A stretch of DNA of 53,115 bases, from contig JACPGG010000024.1 in NCBI GenBank assembly GCA_016182545.1, forward strand, positions 9,298-62,412, in the 5' to 3' direction. The stretch comes from Ignavibacteriales bacterium (GTDB lineage Bacteria; Bacteroidota; Ignavibacteria; UBA10030; UBA8401). Under the pieces are notes generated by a model, which saw only the letters and a program-made list of their open reading frames with translations, was not told the origin of the DNA and did not search any database. The position numbers and the translations under genes were made by a program. Positions 19,266 through 27,914 of the stretch are shown piece by piece. Every line of letters starts with the position of its first letter. Positions within the stretch are counted from its first letter, which is position 1.

Positions 19266-19556
19266 TTATTTTCGTTCTTGCCAACGTTGTGGGTTACGCT
19301 TAGAATGAAACACACCAAGAACTTTTATATCAGCGTGTTCAATTTCATAAAGAATTGCAAAAGGAAATCTATGAACAATACATCGGTGAATTTGTTTGTT
19401 GATTGTTGGGTATAGGGTTGGATTTTTCTTAATTCGTTCTAGTGCTTCATCAACACACAAAAAAAAATCCGCTCCTAACCCTTTCCGTTGCTGTTCATAC
19501 CAATAAATCGCATCATTAAACTCTCCTTCTGCGTCAGGATGAAAAAGAATATTCAT
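19266..19556 (-). CDS. Type II toxin, RelE/ParE family
   Basis: FHPDAEGEFNDAIYWYEQQRKGLG...HRFPFAILY...VFHSKRNP; directly downstream of an antitoxin. Confidence 0.9.
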   Translation of the reverse strand: MNILFHPDAEGEFNDAIYWYEQQRKGLGADFFLCVDEALERIKKNPTLYPTINKQIHRCIVHRFPFAILYEIEHADIKVLGVFHSKRNPQRWQERK

Positions 19557-19562
19557 TGAATA

Positions 19563-19784
19563 TTATCGGCGTTGCATGAATTCCGATTTAATTTCTTCCC
19601 ACGATCTCCCTAATTGAGGATTTTTCCTGAATGCCTCCGACCTTCGATCAAGTTCATCCTTTTGGGATTGGGTCAATTCAAATGCTCCATTTTCCTTTGC
19701 AATGCTATCCCAAATTTCTTCTACCAAAAGAATACGCTCCGAGATACTGAGATTTTTTATTTCATTTCGAATATTTGCCTGCAT
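19563..19784 (-). CDS. Addiction module antitoxin (TIGR02574 / Unstab_antitox-like)
   Basis: LSISERILLVEEIWDSI...LTQSQKDELDRR......P..GRSWEEIK. Confidence 0.9.
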   Translation of the reverse strand: MQANIRNEIKNLSISERILLVEEIWDSIAKENGAFELTQSQKDELDRRSEAFRKNPQLGRSWEEIKSEFMQRR

Positions 19785-19866
19785 GAACTATCTCCATAAA
19801 TATGTGCTCAAATTACAGAGACCACAAGTTGAAGTCAACGACAATTTTATATTGAACGGTTTCGAT

Positions 19867-20766
19867 TCATTTAATGAACGTCCCGTTCCTCAATTCGGTG
19901 AACGCCTGCCGCAACTCCGCTTCAGTATTCATCACAATCGGACCGCCCCATGCGATCGGCTCATTCAACGGCGCTCCGGAGACGAGAAGAAATCGGATTC
20001 CTTTATCTCCTGCCTGAACTGAAACTTCATCGCCATTATCGAAAAGAACCAGCGAACGATTTCCCGACCATTCGAGCCGTTCGTTGCCGTTCGTATCCAG
20101 CACTTCCCTTCGGACATCTTGCGGCTGCGACGCATCGCGGAAAGTTCCTTCGCCGTCAAAAATATATGCAAAGGCGTGACGGTCAACTTCCACTTTCAAT
20201 TTTTTTCTTTTCCCCGGCGGAACGTACACGTCGAGGTATCTCGGATCGGCAGCAATGCCGTCCACAGGTCCATTCTTTCCCCAGAAGTCACCGATGATGA
20301 TTCGAACTTCCGTTCCGTCATCGTCGGTCACCGTAGGAATTTCATTCGACTTCACATCTTGATACCGCGGTGATGTCATCTTCAGCGACGACGGGAGATT
20401 CGCCCACAATTGAAAGCCGTGCATCCTTCCCTGCTCATCGCCGAACGGCATTTCTTGATGAAGAATTCCTCTGCCTGCTGTCATCCATTGCACATCGCCG
20501 GAACGCAATGCGCCGTTGTTGCCGAGACTGTCGCTGTGTGTGACAGCACCGGCAAGAACGTATGTGATGGTTTCAATACCACGATGTGGATGCCAGGGAA
20601 ATCCTTTTTTATATGCTTCGGGATTATCATTCCTGAAATCATCAAAAAGAAGAAAGGGATCAAAATCACTGGTGTTTCCAAAACCAAATGCCCGACGAAG
20701 GTGAACACCGGCACCTTCCAATGTTGGCTGGGCTTGAACTATTCGTTTTACCGGACGAATCGACAT
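19867..20766 (-). CDS. Pirin family protein
   Basis: DPFLLFDDF, GFPWHPHRGIETITY, VQWMTAGRGILHQEMP, FQLWANLP, WGGPIVMN. Start MSIRPVK at 20766 with AGGAGG RBS. Confidence 0.95.
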   Translation of the reverse strand: MSIRPVKRIVQAQPTLEGAGVHLRRAFGFGNTSDFDPFLLFDDFRNDNPEAYKKGFPWHPHRGIETITYVLAGAVTHSDSLGNNGALRSGDVQWMTAGRGILHQEMPFGDEQGRMHGFQLWANLPSSLKMTSPRYQDVKSNEIPTVTDDDGTEVRIIIGDFWGKNGPVDGIAADPRYLDVYVPPGKRKKLKVEVDRHAFAYIFDGEGTFRDASQPQDVRREVLDTNGNERLEWSGNRSLVLFDNGDEVSVQAGDKGIRFLLVSGAPLNEPIAWGGPIVMNTEAELRQAFTELRNGTFIK

Positions 20767-20929
20767 TACTCCTCCTGATATACCATACAAATCAACATAA
20801 AATTTTTGCTGAATCCAAGTGATTGAACACATTCCGCAGCAATCCGGTTCCAATTTCCTTTCGTTGTATCTATTGATATTTAATCCGTTTTCCTTATTTT
20901 TGACCAGCCCACCACAGGAGGAATTTCGT

Positions 20930-22322
20930 ATGTTTCGCAATATGAGTATTGCAGCCAAATTGTTTCTCACGTTCGTGCCGATCTTTGTCGTCGGTATCGC
21001 TGTCAGCGTGTACCTTAACAACATGTACCAGGAAGAGCAGATGCAGGCGCAGGCACTGGAATCTGCGAGCCAGAAGGCACACATCGTACGTGAATCGCTC
21101 GTCAACATGATGGTTGAAAGCCAGATCGTTGATGACAAGTATCTTGAACGCGTACAGAAAGTAGCGGAGTTGAACGATCTGTATATCCGGATCGATACCG
21201 CCAAACTTCATCTCGCAGAAGATTTTATGGACAGCACAAGGATAGTACGTTTATGGGAGCGTGTCGTCCTTGCACAGCAGAAAGATGAATACGATAATGA
21301 GTACGGCAACGAAGTACTTGCAACCGGGCAACAGAAATGGGTACGCATCGGCGACAATTTCCGTGCAATGATCCCGTTCAAAGCGGAAAAGAAATGCCAG
21401 CGATGTCATGATGTGCAGATAGGAAAACTCTCTCCGCGCAGCATCGATCAGCGGCGGCGTTGCGTTTGTCGTCATCATCATCGGATTTCTTTTCTTCCGC
21501 TCGCTTGTTCAGTCGCCGTTAAAAAAATTGGAGAAAGCAACGCAAGAGATCGGTACGGGAAATATGAGCAGCGACCTCCAACTTCCCGAAGGGAATGATG
21601 AAGTCGGGAAACTTGCGCAGGCATTCGTAACTATGCGGGGCGCCCTTAAACAGAGTCAGGATGCGATGCGTATCTCGACAGTCGGACAGGTTGCCGCGTC
21701 ACTCGTACAAGATTTCAGAGCACCGATAAAGGAGATTGAATCTGCAATCACAGAGATCAAGAGTTCACAACTTGACCCCGCAAAGAAGAATGAACTGCTC
21801 GACGAAGCAAAAGAAGCTGCGCAGCTTGTCAACAGGATGACGCAGGATCTTATCGACTTCACTTCCGGCGATATCAAAGTGGATAAGAAACTTTCAAGCA
21901 TCGGCAAACTTCTCCGCAGCGTCACAGCCAGCGTGAAACCCGATCTTGATAAAGAGAAAATCCAATTCAGCGTAAATCCGAACTACGATTCCTCCGCAGT
22001 GATCGACGCTGAAAGAACGGCGCGGGCATTGGATAATATCATTTCGTACGCTGCGAATTATGTTCCTGCCGGCGGGATGATCAAATTGGAGTCCGATACA
22101 AAAGATAATAAACTCGTTCTCACGATCAGCGACAACGGCAGCGGCATCCCGGATGCATTCAAGGAGAAAATATTCGAACCGTTCGTCAAAGTGGTGCAAA
22201 GCGGAGGTGTTGGTCTTGATCTGGCACTTGCAAAGAAGATCATTGAGAAACAGGGGGGAAAAATCTCGCTGCAATCAGAGGAGGGAAAAGGAACAACGTA
22301 CACTATTATGTTGCCGATGTAG
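20930..22322 (+). pseudogene. Membrane heme-c (CxxCH) sensor + HAMP + HisKA/HATPase-like protein, split by a frameshift at about 21423; catalytic residues degenerate
   Basis: AGGAGG RBS, TM1, periplasmic domain ending CQRCH (21395-21409). The other frame continues ENSLRAASISGGVAFVVIIIGFLFF (TM2), HAMP (PLKKLEKAT...DEVGKLAQAF), HisKA and HATPase (DNGSGI, IFEPF, GKGTT). Corresponds to ORF-track pieces 20819-21598 and 21528-22322. Confidence 0.82.
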
Positions 22323-22356
22323 CGTTAGTTATCAGCAGTCAGTTGACACCAATCAG

Positions 22357-22387
22357 AAAAACCCGCTTGATGAAAGCGGGTTTTTTT
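22357..22387 (+). terminator. Intrinsic terminator
   Basis: AAAAACCCGCTT-GATGA-AAGCGGGTTTTTTT. Confidence 0.85.
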
Positions 22388-22547
22388 ATTTTAAAAGTGC
22401 GTTCTTGACAATGTTTCGTTGCATCTCACGTATAGGTAACACATTTCGATATAATTTTGTTATACAAAGCGGATGAACTTCAATTCACCCAATTGTACGT
22501 TGAAATGTGTCCAACAAATCAATACATTAAATAAACAAAGGGATTCT

Positions 22548-23282
22548 ATGTTTTCTGAAAATATCAACATTCTCACTGCATTCGCATTCGGACTCTTATC
22601 ATTTATTTCGCCGTGTGTGCTTCCGATTATCCCCGGCTATATCTCATTCATCTCCGGAAAATCTTTGCAGGATATGACGGGTGATGATGCCGCAGCGAAG
22701 CGTTCGATGCTCATCAATACTCTTGTTTTTATTGGCGGCTTTACGGTCGTGTTCGTATTGATGGGTGCCGCCGCAACGTCGATCGGTCAATTCTTGAATG
22801 AGAACCTCACCCTCATCAGCAAAATCGCCGGGGGGGTCATCGTCATCTTCGGGCTTCACATGATTGGGATTTTTAAGATCGGTTTTCTTAATTATGAAAA
22901 ACGATTCCATCTACAGGATAAAAAACTCGGCATTTTGGGCTCGTTTGCCGTTGGCTCGGCTTTTGCATTTGGATGGACACCGTGCATCGGTCCGATCCTT
23001 GCAGGAATACTTGCAATTGCCAGTCAGCAAGAGACGGTGTTTCAAGGGATAGTGCTTCTGTTCGTGTACTCGCTGGGGCTTGGCATTCCCTTTTTCCTCA
23101 CAGCGTTGAGCATCAACAAATTTTTCAATGTCTTCGATCGCGTGAAGAAACATTTTCACACGATCGAAGTGGTCGGCGGTGTGATGCTTGTGGCGGTCGG
23201 TGTGTTGATGATAACGAATTATCTGACCATCATCGCAAGTTATCTTTCGCGATGGTTCCCGTTTCTGAATGAGTTGTCGTAA
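22548..23282 (+). CDS. ccdA: Cytochrome c biogenesis / disulfide exchange protein CcdA (DsbD transmembrane domain)
   Basis: GLLSFISPCVLPIIPGY and FAFGWTPCIGPIL motifs; several TM helices. Confidence 0.93.
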   Translation: MFSENINILTAFAFGLLSFISPCVLPIIPGYISFISGKSLQDMTGDDAAAKRSMLINTLVFIGGFTVVFVLMGAAATSIGQFLNENLTLISKIAGGVIVIFGLHMIGIFKIGFLNYEKRFHLQDKKLGILGSFAVGSAFAFGWTPCIGPILAGILAIASQQETVFQGIVLLFVYSLGLGIPFFLTALSINKFFNVFDRVKKHFHTIEVVGGVMLVAVGVLMITNYLTIIASYLSRWFPFLNELS

Positions 23283-23342
23283 TATACTTTCATTAATAAT
23301 GTACACCGAATTGTACATTTCATTTTAACAAAGGCATGAGAT

Positions 23343-25181
23343 ATGGAGAAACAAACACGCACATTGGATGAAGTCACCATCCGTTTTGCAGGCGATTCCG
23401 GAGACGGAATGCAGTTGACCGGAGGACAATTTACAAACACCTCCGCTGCGATGGGAAACGACTTGAGCACGCTTCCCGACTACCCCGCAGAGATCAGAGC
23501 TCCGCGCGATACCACGTACGGCGTCAGCGGATTCCAGATTCATTTTGGCGCAACAGAGATCAACACCCCCGGCGATCATTGTGATGTCCTGGTTGCAATG
23601 AATGCGGCATCATTAAAAGTAAATTTACGATCGTTGATCGACGGCGGAATCATCATCGTCAACACGGACGGTTTCGGCGACAGGAATTTGAAACTTGCAG
23701 GATATGCACAAAGTCCTCTTTCCGACGGATCGCTCTCAAAGTATCAGGTCTTCCAAGTCGATATTACCAAATTGACAAATCTTGCTCTTGCCGACATGAA
23801 TCTCGGACAGAAGATCGTCGATAAAACGAAGAATTTCTTTGCACTGGGAATGATGTATTGGATGTTCAATCGTACCGTTGACGGTACGATACAGTGGATC
23901 AAAGAAAAATTCGAGAAGAAGCCTGAGCTGATCGAAGCGAATACACGAGTGATGAAGGCGGGATGGAATTATGCTGAGACGACAGACATCTTTGCCGTGA
24001 AGTATGAAGTAAAGCCTGCTCAGCTTACTCCCGGAAAGTACCGGAACATCACGGGCAACCAGGCAACTGCACTCGGTTTTGTTACCGCTGCAGAGAAAGC
24101 GAATCTCGATCTTTTCCTCGGTTCATACCCGATCACACCGGCGAGCGATATTCTTCATGAACTTTCGATGTTTAAAAATTACGGCGTGAAGACATTTCAG
24201 GCAGAAGATGAGATCGCGGGAGTTACGAGTGCTATCGGTGCAGCATTCGGCGGCTCGCTTGCGCTCACAACAACAAGCGGTCCCGGAGTCGCATTAAAGA
24301 CCGAAGCGATCGGTCTTGCTGTGATGGTCGAACTGCCGCTTGTCATCGTCAACGTGCAGCGCGGCGGACCGAGCACAGGTCTTCCGACAAAAACAGAACA
24401 GGCAGACTTGCTTCAGGCGGTGTACGGAAGAAATGGCGAAGCGCCGGTTCCCGTCATATCAGCATCGACACCAAGCGATTGTTTCAACACTGCTGTCGAA
24501 GCATCCCGCATTGCACTAAAATATATGACTCCCGTAATGATGTTAACTGACGGATATTTGGCGAACGGTTCGGAACCGTGGCTCCTTCCATCTGTAAAAG
24601 ATATTCCCGAGATAGCCCCGAAATTCCGGACCGATCCTGACGGATACATGCCCTACCGCCGAGATGAGATCACATTATCCCGCGAGTGGGCAATTCCCGG
24701 TACACCCGGACTTGAGCACCGCATTGGCGGATTGGAAAAGCAGGATGTGACCGGCAATGTAAACTATGAACCGGAAAACCACGAACGCATGATTCGATTG
24801 CGCGCTGAAAAGGTTGAACGGATCGCTAACGATATTCCCCTCGCTCAGGTTGAAGGTGACGAAAAAGGAGAATTGCTTGTTGTCGGCTGGGGTGGAACGT
24901 ACGGAACGATCAAGACTGCTGTGGAACGAAAACGGAAAGAAGGGAAATCGGTTTCGCAACTCCATTTAAAGTACATCAACCCTCTTCAAAAGAATGTCGG
25001 TGAGATCCTGTATAACTTCAAGCATATTCTCGTTCCGGAAATTAACATGGGACAGCTGATAAAGATCCTTCGTTCCAAATTCCTTGTCCCCGCAATCGCA
25101 TTGAACAAGGTGCAGGGATTACCGTACCGTTCCATCGAAATAGAAGAAAAAATTGATGAAATTTTAGGAGGAAAATTATAA
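23343..25181 (+). CDS. korA: 2-oxoacid:acceptor oxidoreductase alpha subunit (gamma-alpha fusion)
   Basis: FAGDSGDGMQLTG, YPITPAS, QAEDEIA, TTSGPG, VQRGGPSTGLPTK. Confidence 0.95.
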   Translation: MEKQTRTLDEVTIRFAGDSGDGMQLTGGQFTNTSAAMGNDLSTLPDYPAEIRAPRDTTYGVSGFQIHFGATEINTPGDHCDVLVAMNAASLKVNLRSLIDGGIIIVNTDGFGDRNLKLAGYAQSPLSDGSLSKYQVFQVDITKLTNLALADMNLGQKIVDKTKNFFALGMMYWMFNRTVDGTIQWIKEKFEKKPELIEANTRVMKAGWNYAETTDIFAVKYEVKPAQLTPGKYRNITGNQATALGFVTAAEKANLDLFLGSYPITPASDILHELSMFKNYGVKTFQAEDEIAGVTSAIGAAFGGSLALTTTSGPGVALKTEAIGLAVMVELPLVIVNVQRGGPSTGLPTKTEQADLLQAVYGRNGEAPVPVISASTPSDCFNTAVEASRIALKYMTPVMMLTDGYLANGSEPWLLPSVKDIPEIAPKFRTDPDGYMPYRRDEITLSREWAIPGTPGLEHRIGGLEKQDVTGNVNYEPENHERMIRLRAEKVERIANDIPLAQVEGDEKGELLVVGWGGTYGTIKTAVERKRKEGKSVSQLHLKYINPLQKNVGEILYNFKHILVPEINMGQLIKILRSKFLVPAIALNKVQGLPYRSIEIEEKIDEILGGKL

Positions 25182-26230
25182 TGAGCACGCTTGTTCATGA
25201 CGCAATCAGTCACGATGTGGTTTCAAAAGTGAAATACACGGCAAAAGATTTTTCTTCCGATCAGGATGTCCGCTGGTGTCCCGGCTGCGGTGACTATTCA
25301 ATTCTCGCACAGGTTCAACGCACAATGCCTGAACTCAATGTGCCGAAAGAGAAGGTTGTCTTTGTTTCAGGCATCGGCTGTTCAAGCCGCTTTCCGTATT
25401 ATATGGAGACATACGGTTTTCACAGCATTCACGGACGCGCAACAGCGATCGGTTCGGGATTGAAAATTGCACGGCCTGACCTGAGTGTCTGGATCGTAAC
25501 CGGTGACGGCGACGGACTTTCCATCGGCGGCAATCACATGATCCACCTTCTCCGCCGCAATGTGGATGTAAATGTACTTTTGTTCAACAACCAGATCTAT
25601 GGATTGACGAAAGGACAATATTCACCGACATCGGAGTTCGGAAAAGTAACGAAATCAACACCGTACGGTTCTGTCGATATGCCGTTCAATCCCGCATCGC
25701 TTGCGCTCGGTTCAGGGGGAACTTTCGTAGCACGTTCAATGGACCGCGATCCGAAACATTTACAGGGGATCGTAAAACGCGCTGCCGAACATAAAGGAAC
25801 ATCCTTTGTTGAAGTGTACCAGAATTGCAACGTCTTCAATGACGGCGCATTCTTCCAGTTCACAGAAAAGGAGACGAAGTCCGACAGTGTCGTATTTTTA
25901 GAACATGGAAAGCCGCTTGTCTTCGGAAAAGAAAGCGACAAGGGAATCAAACTTGACGGCTTCTCCCCTGTTGTCGTTTCCTTGAAAGACGGAGTTCATT
26001 CCGCAAATGATCTTCTTATTCACAATGAAAAAGATTCGACGCTTGCATTCATCCTCGCGAACATGACCTATAATCATGATGTACCGAGACCGTTCGGGAT
26101 CTTTCTGGCAATCGATCGTCCGCGGTACGAAGATGAGATTGAAAAGCAGATCGATTCAGCGATCTCGAAACGCGGAAAGGGATCTTTGGAGAAGTTGCTG
26201 AACAGCGGCGATACGTGGGTGATTCAGTAG
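25181..26230 (+). CDS. korB: 2-oxoacid:ferredoxin oxidoreductase beta subunit
   Basis: WCPGCG, SGIGCS, HGR, GDGD TPP motif, NNQIYGLTKGQYSPT. Confidence 0.95.
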   Translation: MSTLVHDAISHDVVSKVKYTAKDFSSDQDVRWCPGCGDYSILAQVQRTMPELNVPKEKVVFVSGIGCSSRFPYYMETYGFHSIHGRATAIGSGLKIARPDLSVWIVTGDGDGLSIGGNHMIHLLRRNVDVNVLLFNNQIYGLTKGQYSPTSEFGKVTKSTPYGSVDMPFNPASLALGSGGTFVARSMDRDPKHLQGIVKRAAEHKGTSFVEVYQNCNVFNDGAFFQFTEKETKSDSVVFLEHGKPLVFGKESDKGIKLDGFSPVVVSLKDGVHSANDLLIHNEKDSTLAFILANMTYNHDVPRPFGIFLAIDRPRYEDEIEKQIDSAISKRGKGSLEKLLNSGDTWVIQ

Positions 26231-26257
26231 ATTTATAGATAATAGATTACAAGATGT

Positions 26258-26297
26258 AATAAAAAAAGGCGTGTTTGACTATACGCCTTTTTTTATT
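26258..26297 (+). terminator. Intrinsic terminator after korB
   Basis: AAAAAAAGGCGT-GTTTGACTAT-ACGCCTTTTTTT with further A/T pairing outside the stem. Confidence 0.85.
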
Positions 26298-26326
26298 ACT
26301 TTTATGGAGTGACCAATGGAGGAACC

Positions 26327-26596
26327 ATGGAAGAAAAAATTCTGCAGGCAATTCTCGAAGAAATCAAAGGTTTAAGAATTGATACAAATAATCGGTTTGA
26401 ATCACTCGAAAATAAATTTGAAGGATTAAAATCTTCAGTGGAAGTCTTACAACTTGGAGTGAATCAAGTTCGATATGAGTTAGTGGGGATTAAAGAAATT
26501 CTTGGAAACAAAGTCATCTGGCAAAATGAAACCGTAACCTTTGAGGTTAAGGACGGTACTAAAATATACGGCGTTATTCACAAAGGCGAGAAATAG
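26327..26596 (+). CDS. Small hypothetical coiled-coil protein
   Basis: GGAGG RBS before ATG 26327; heptad pattern ILQAILEEIKGLR...FESLENKFEGLK. Confidence 0.7.
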   Translation: MEEKILQAILEEIKGLRIDTNNRFESLENKFEGLKSSVEVLQLGVNQVRYELVGIKEILGNKVIWQNETVTFEVKDGTKIYGVIHKGEK

Positions 26597-26619
26597 AACC
26601 ATTGCAAAAAACGCAGTAT

Positions 26620-26642
26620 GAAGCCCGATTTACTCGGGCTTC
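26620..26642. terminator. Hairpin between two convergent small genes, probable terminator
   Basis: GAAGCCCGA-TTTAC-TCGGGCTTC. Confidence 0.55.
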
Positions 26643-26643
26643 T

Positions 26644-26820
26644 TCATTTTAAACTATATTTGTATTTCAATTGATTCAAATATGCTTTCGCGCTCACTTC
26701 GCTGGTAAACCATTTCGTCAATATCTTCTTTTTGAAGGGAAATCCCTTTTTGTAAACAATGATGATCCATGTAGTCGGATCGCTCTTTTCATGCACAATT
26801 TTTGCTGAATATTTTTCCAT
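26644..26820 (-). CDS. Small basic hypothetical protein (58 aa), below the ORF-track cutoff
   Basis: Translated by hand: MEKYSAKIVHEKSDPTTWIIIVYKKGFPFKKKILTKWFTSEVSAKAYLNQLKYKYSLK. GAGGT RBS 7 nt upstream; ends at the shared hairpin. Confidence 0.65.
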   Translation of the reverse strand: MEKYSAKIVHEKSDPTTWIIIVYKKGFPFKKKILTKWFTSEVSAKAYLNQLKYKYSLK

Positions 26821-26912
26821 ACTGATTACCTCTGTATCAATATAGTCAATAAAAAGACCAACTGCGCTACTTCATCCTTTGAAGCCCGAACATTTTTTCA
26901 TAACTTTACACG

Positions 26913-27899
26913 ATGAAAGAAAAAATTAAACAACTGCAAACGATCTTTGAAGCGAAGAAAAAATTCGTACTGACAACCCACATCAATCCGGACGCCGATG
27001 CAGTGGGAAGCGAAGTGGCGCTCGCACGGTACCTTGCCGGGACGGGGAAAACTGTTCATGTGTTAAACCACAGCGAAACGCCGGATAACCTCCTCTTCCT
27101 GAACGAAATATTCCCAATAACCCCCTACGATGCACAGCAGCATACGCAGGCGATTATTGATGCTGACTGCTTCATTGTACTCGATACGAATTCCGTTTCA
27201 CGATTTAAAGCATTGCAGCCGGCGTTTGAACGGTCCAAAGCATACAAGGTCATCATTGACCATCACCTCGACCATGAATCATTTGCCGATCTGAACATCA
27301 TCGACACACACGTACCCGCCACATCAGAATTGCTCTATATCATCCTGAAATCTATCAACGATACTGCGATCACAAAACCGATTGCAGAGGCACTGTACGC
27401 CGGCATTATGACCGACACGGGATCGTTTCGATTCCCGCAAACCGATCCTGAAACGCACATCATCACAGCCGATCTTCTGAAACGGGGCGCCCAACCGTAC
27501 GAGATATTCCAAAAAATTTACGAAAGCGGTCCGATCAACAAACTGCATTTGTTGGGAAAGGCGTTGACCTCCATCGATCTTCACCATAACGGAAAAGTGG
27601 CTGTGATGACCCTCCCCCGTTCGATCTTCGCTGAAACGAAAACAGTAGAATCAGATGTTGATAATCTGACGCAGTACGTGTTAAGCATCGGCGGCGTCGT
27701 TATCGGTATTGTCGTTATGGAATTGGAACACGGGGTGAAATTAAGCTTTCGTTCCAAAGGAGATATTCCGATTAATGAATTAGCAAAGCATTTTGACGGC
27801 GGAGGACATAAAAATGCCGCCGGTGCAAGGGTGAAAGAAGCCACGCTCCAATCAATTATCCCTTTCGTCCTGGAAAAGGCAAAAGAGTTTTTGAAATAA
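26913..27899 (+). CDS. nrnA: DHH-family bifunctional oligoribonuclease / PAP phosphatase
   Basis: HINPDADAVGS, IIDHH, TDTGSF, SFRSK, GGGHKNAAG. Confidence 0.93.
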   Translation: MKEKIKQLQTIFEAKKKFVLTTHINPDADAVGSEVALARYLAGTGKTVHVLNHSETPDNLLFLNEIFPITPYDAQQHTQAIIDADCFIVLDTNSVSRFKALQPAFERSKAYKVIIDHHLDHESFADLNIIDTHVPATSELLYIILKSINDTAITKPIAEALYAGIMTDTGSFRFPQTDPETHIITADLLKRGAQPYEIFQKIYESGPINKLHLLGKALTSIDLHHNGKVAVMTLPRSIFAETKTVESDVDNLTQYVLSIGGVVIGIVVMELEHGVKLSFRSKGDIPINELAKHFDGGGHKNAAGARVKEATLQSIIPFVLEKAKEFLK

Positions 27900-27914
27900 C
27901 ATACAAGGAGAAAT

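Noticed and set aside
19266-19784. TA pair as a marker of a prophage or integrative element
   Set aside because: No integrase, transposase or phage genes nearby; it looks like a stand-alone TA islet.
20767-21204. 146-aa N-terminal extension of the pirin ORF (apparent fusion)
   Set aside because: It overlaps the divergent sensor gene antisense; the real start at 20766 has a strong AGGAGG RBS.
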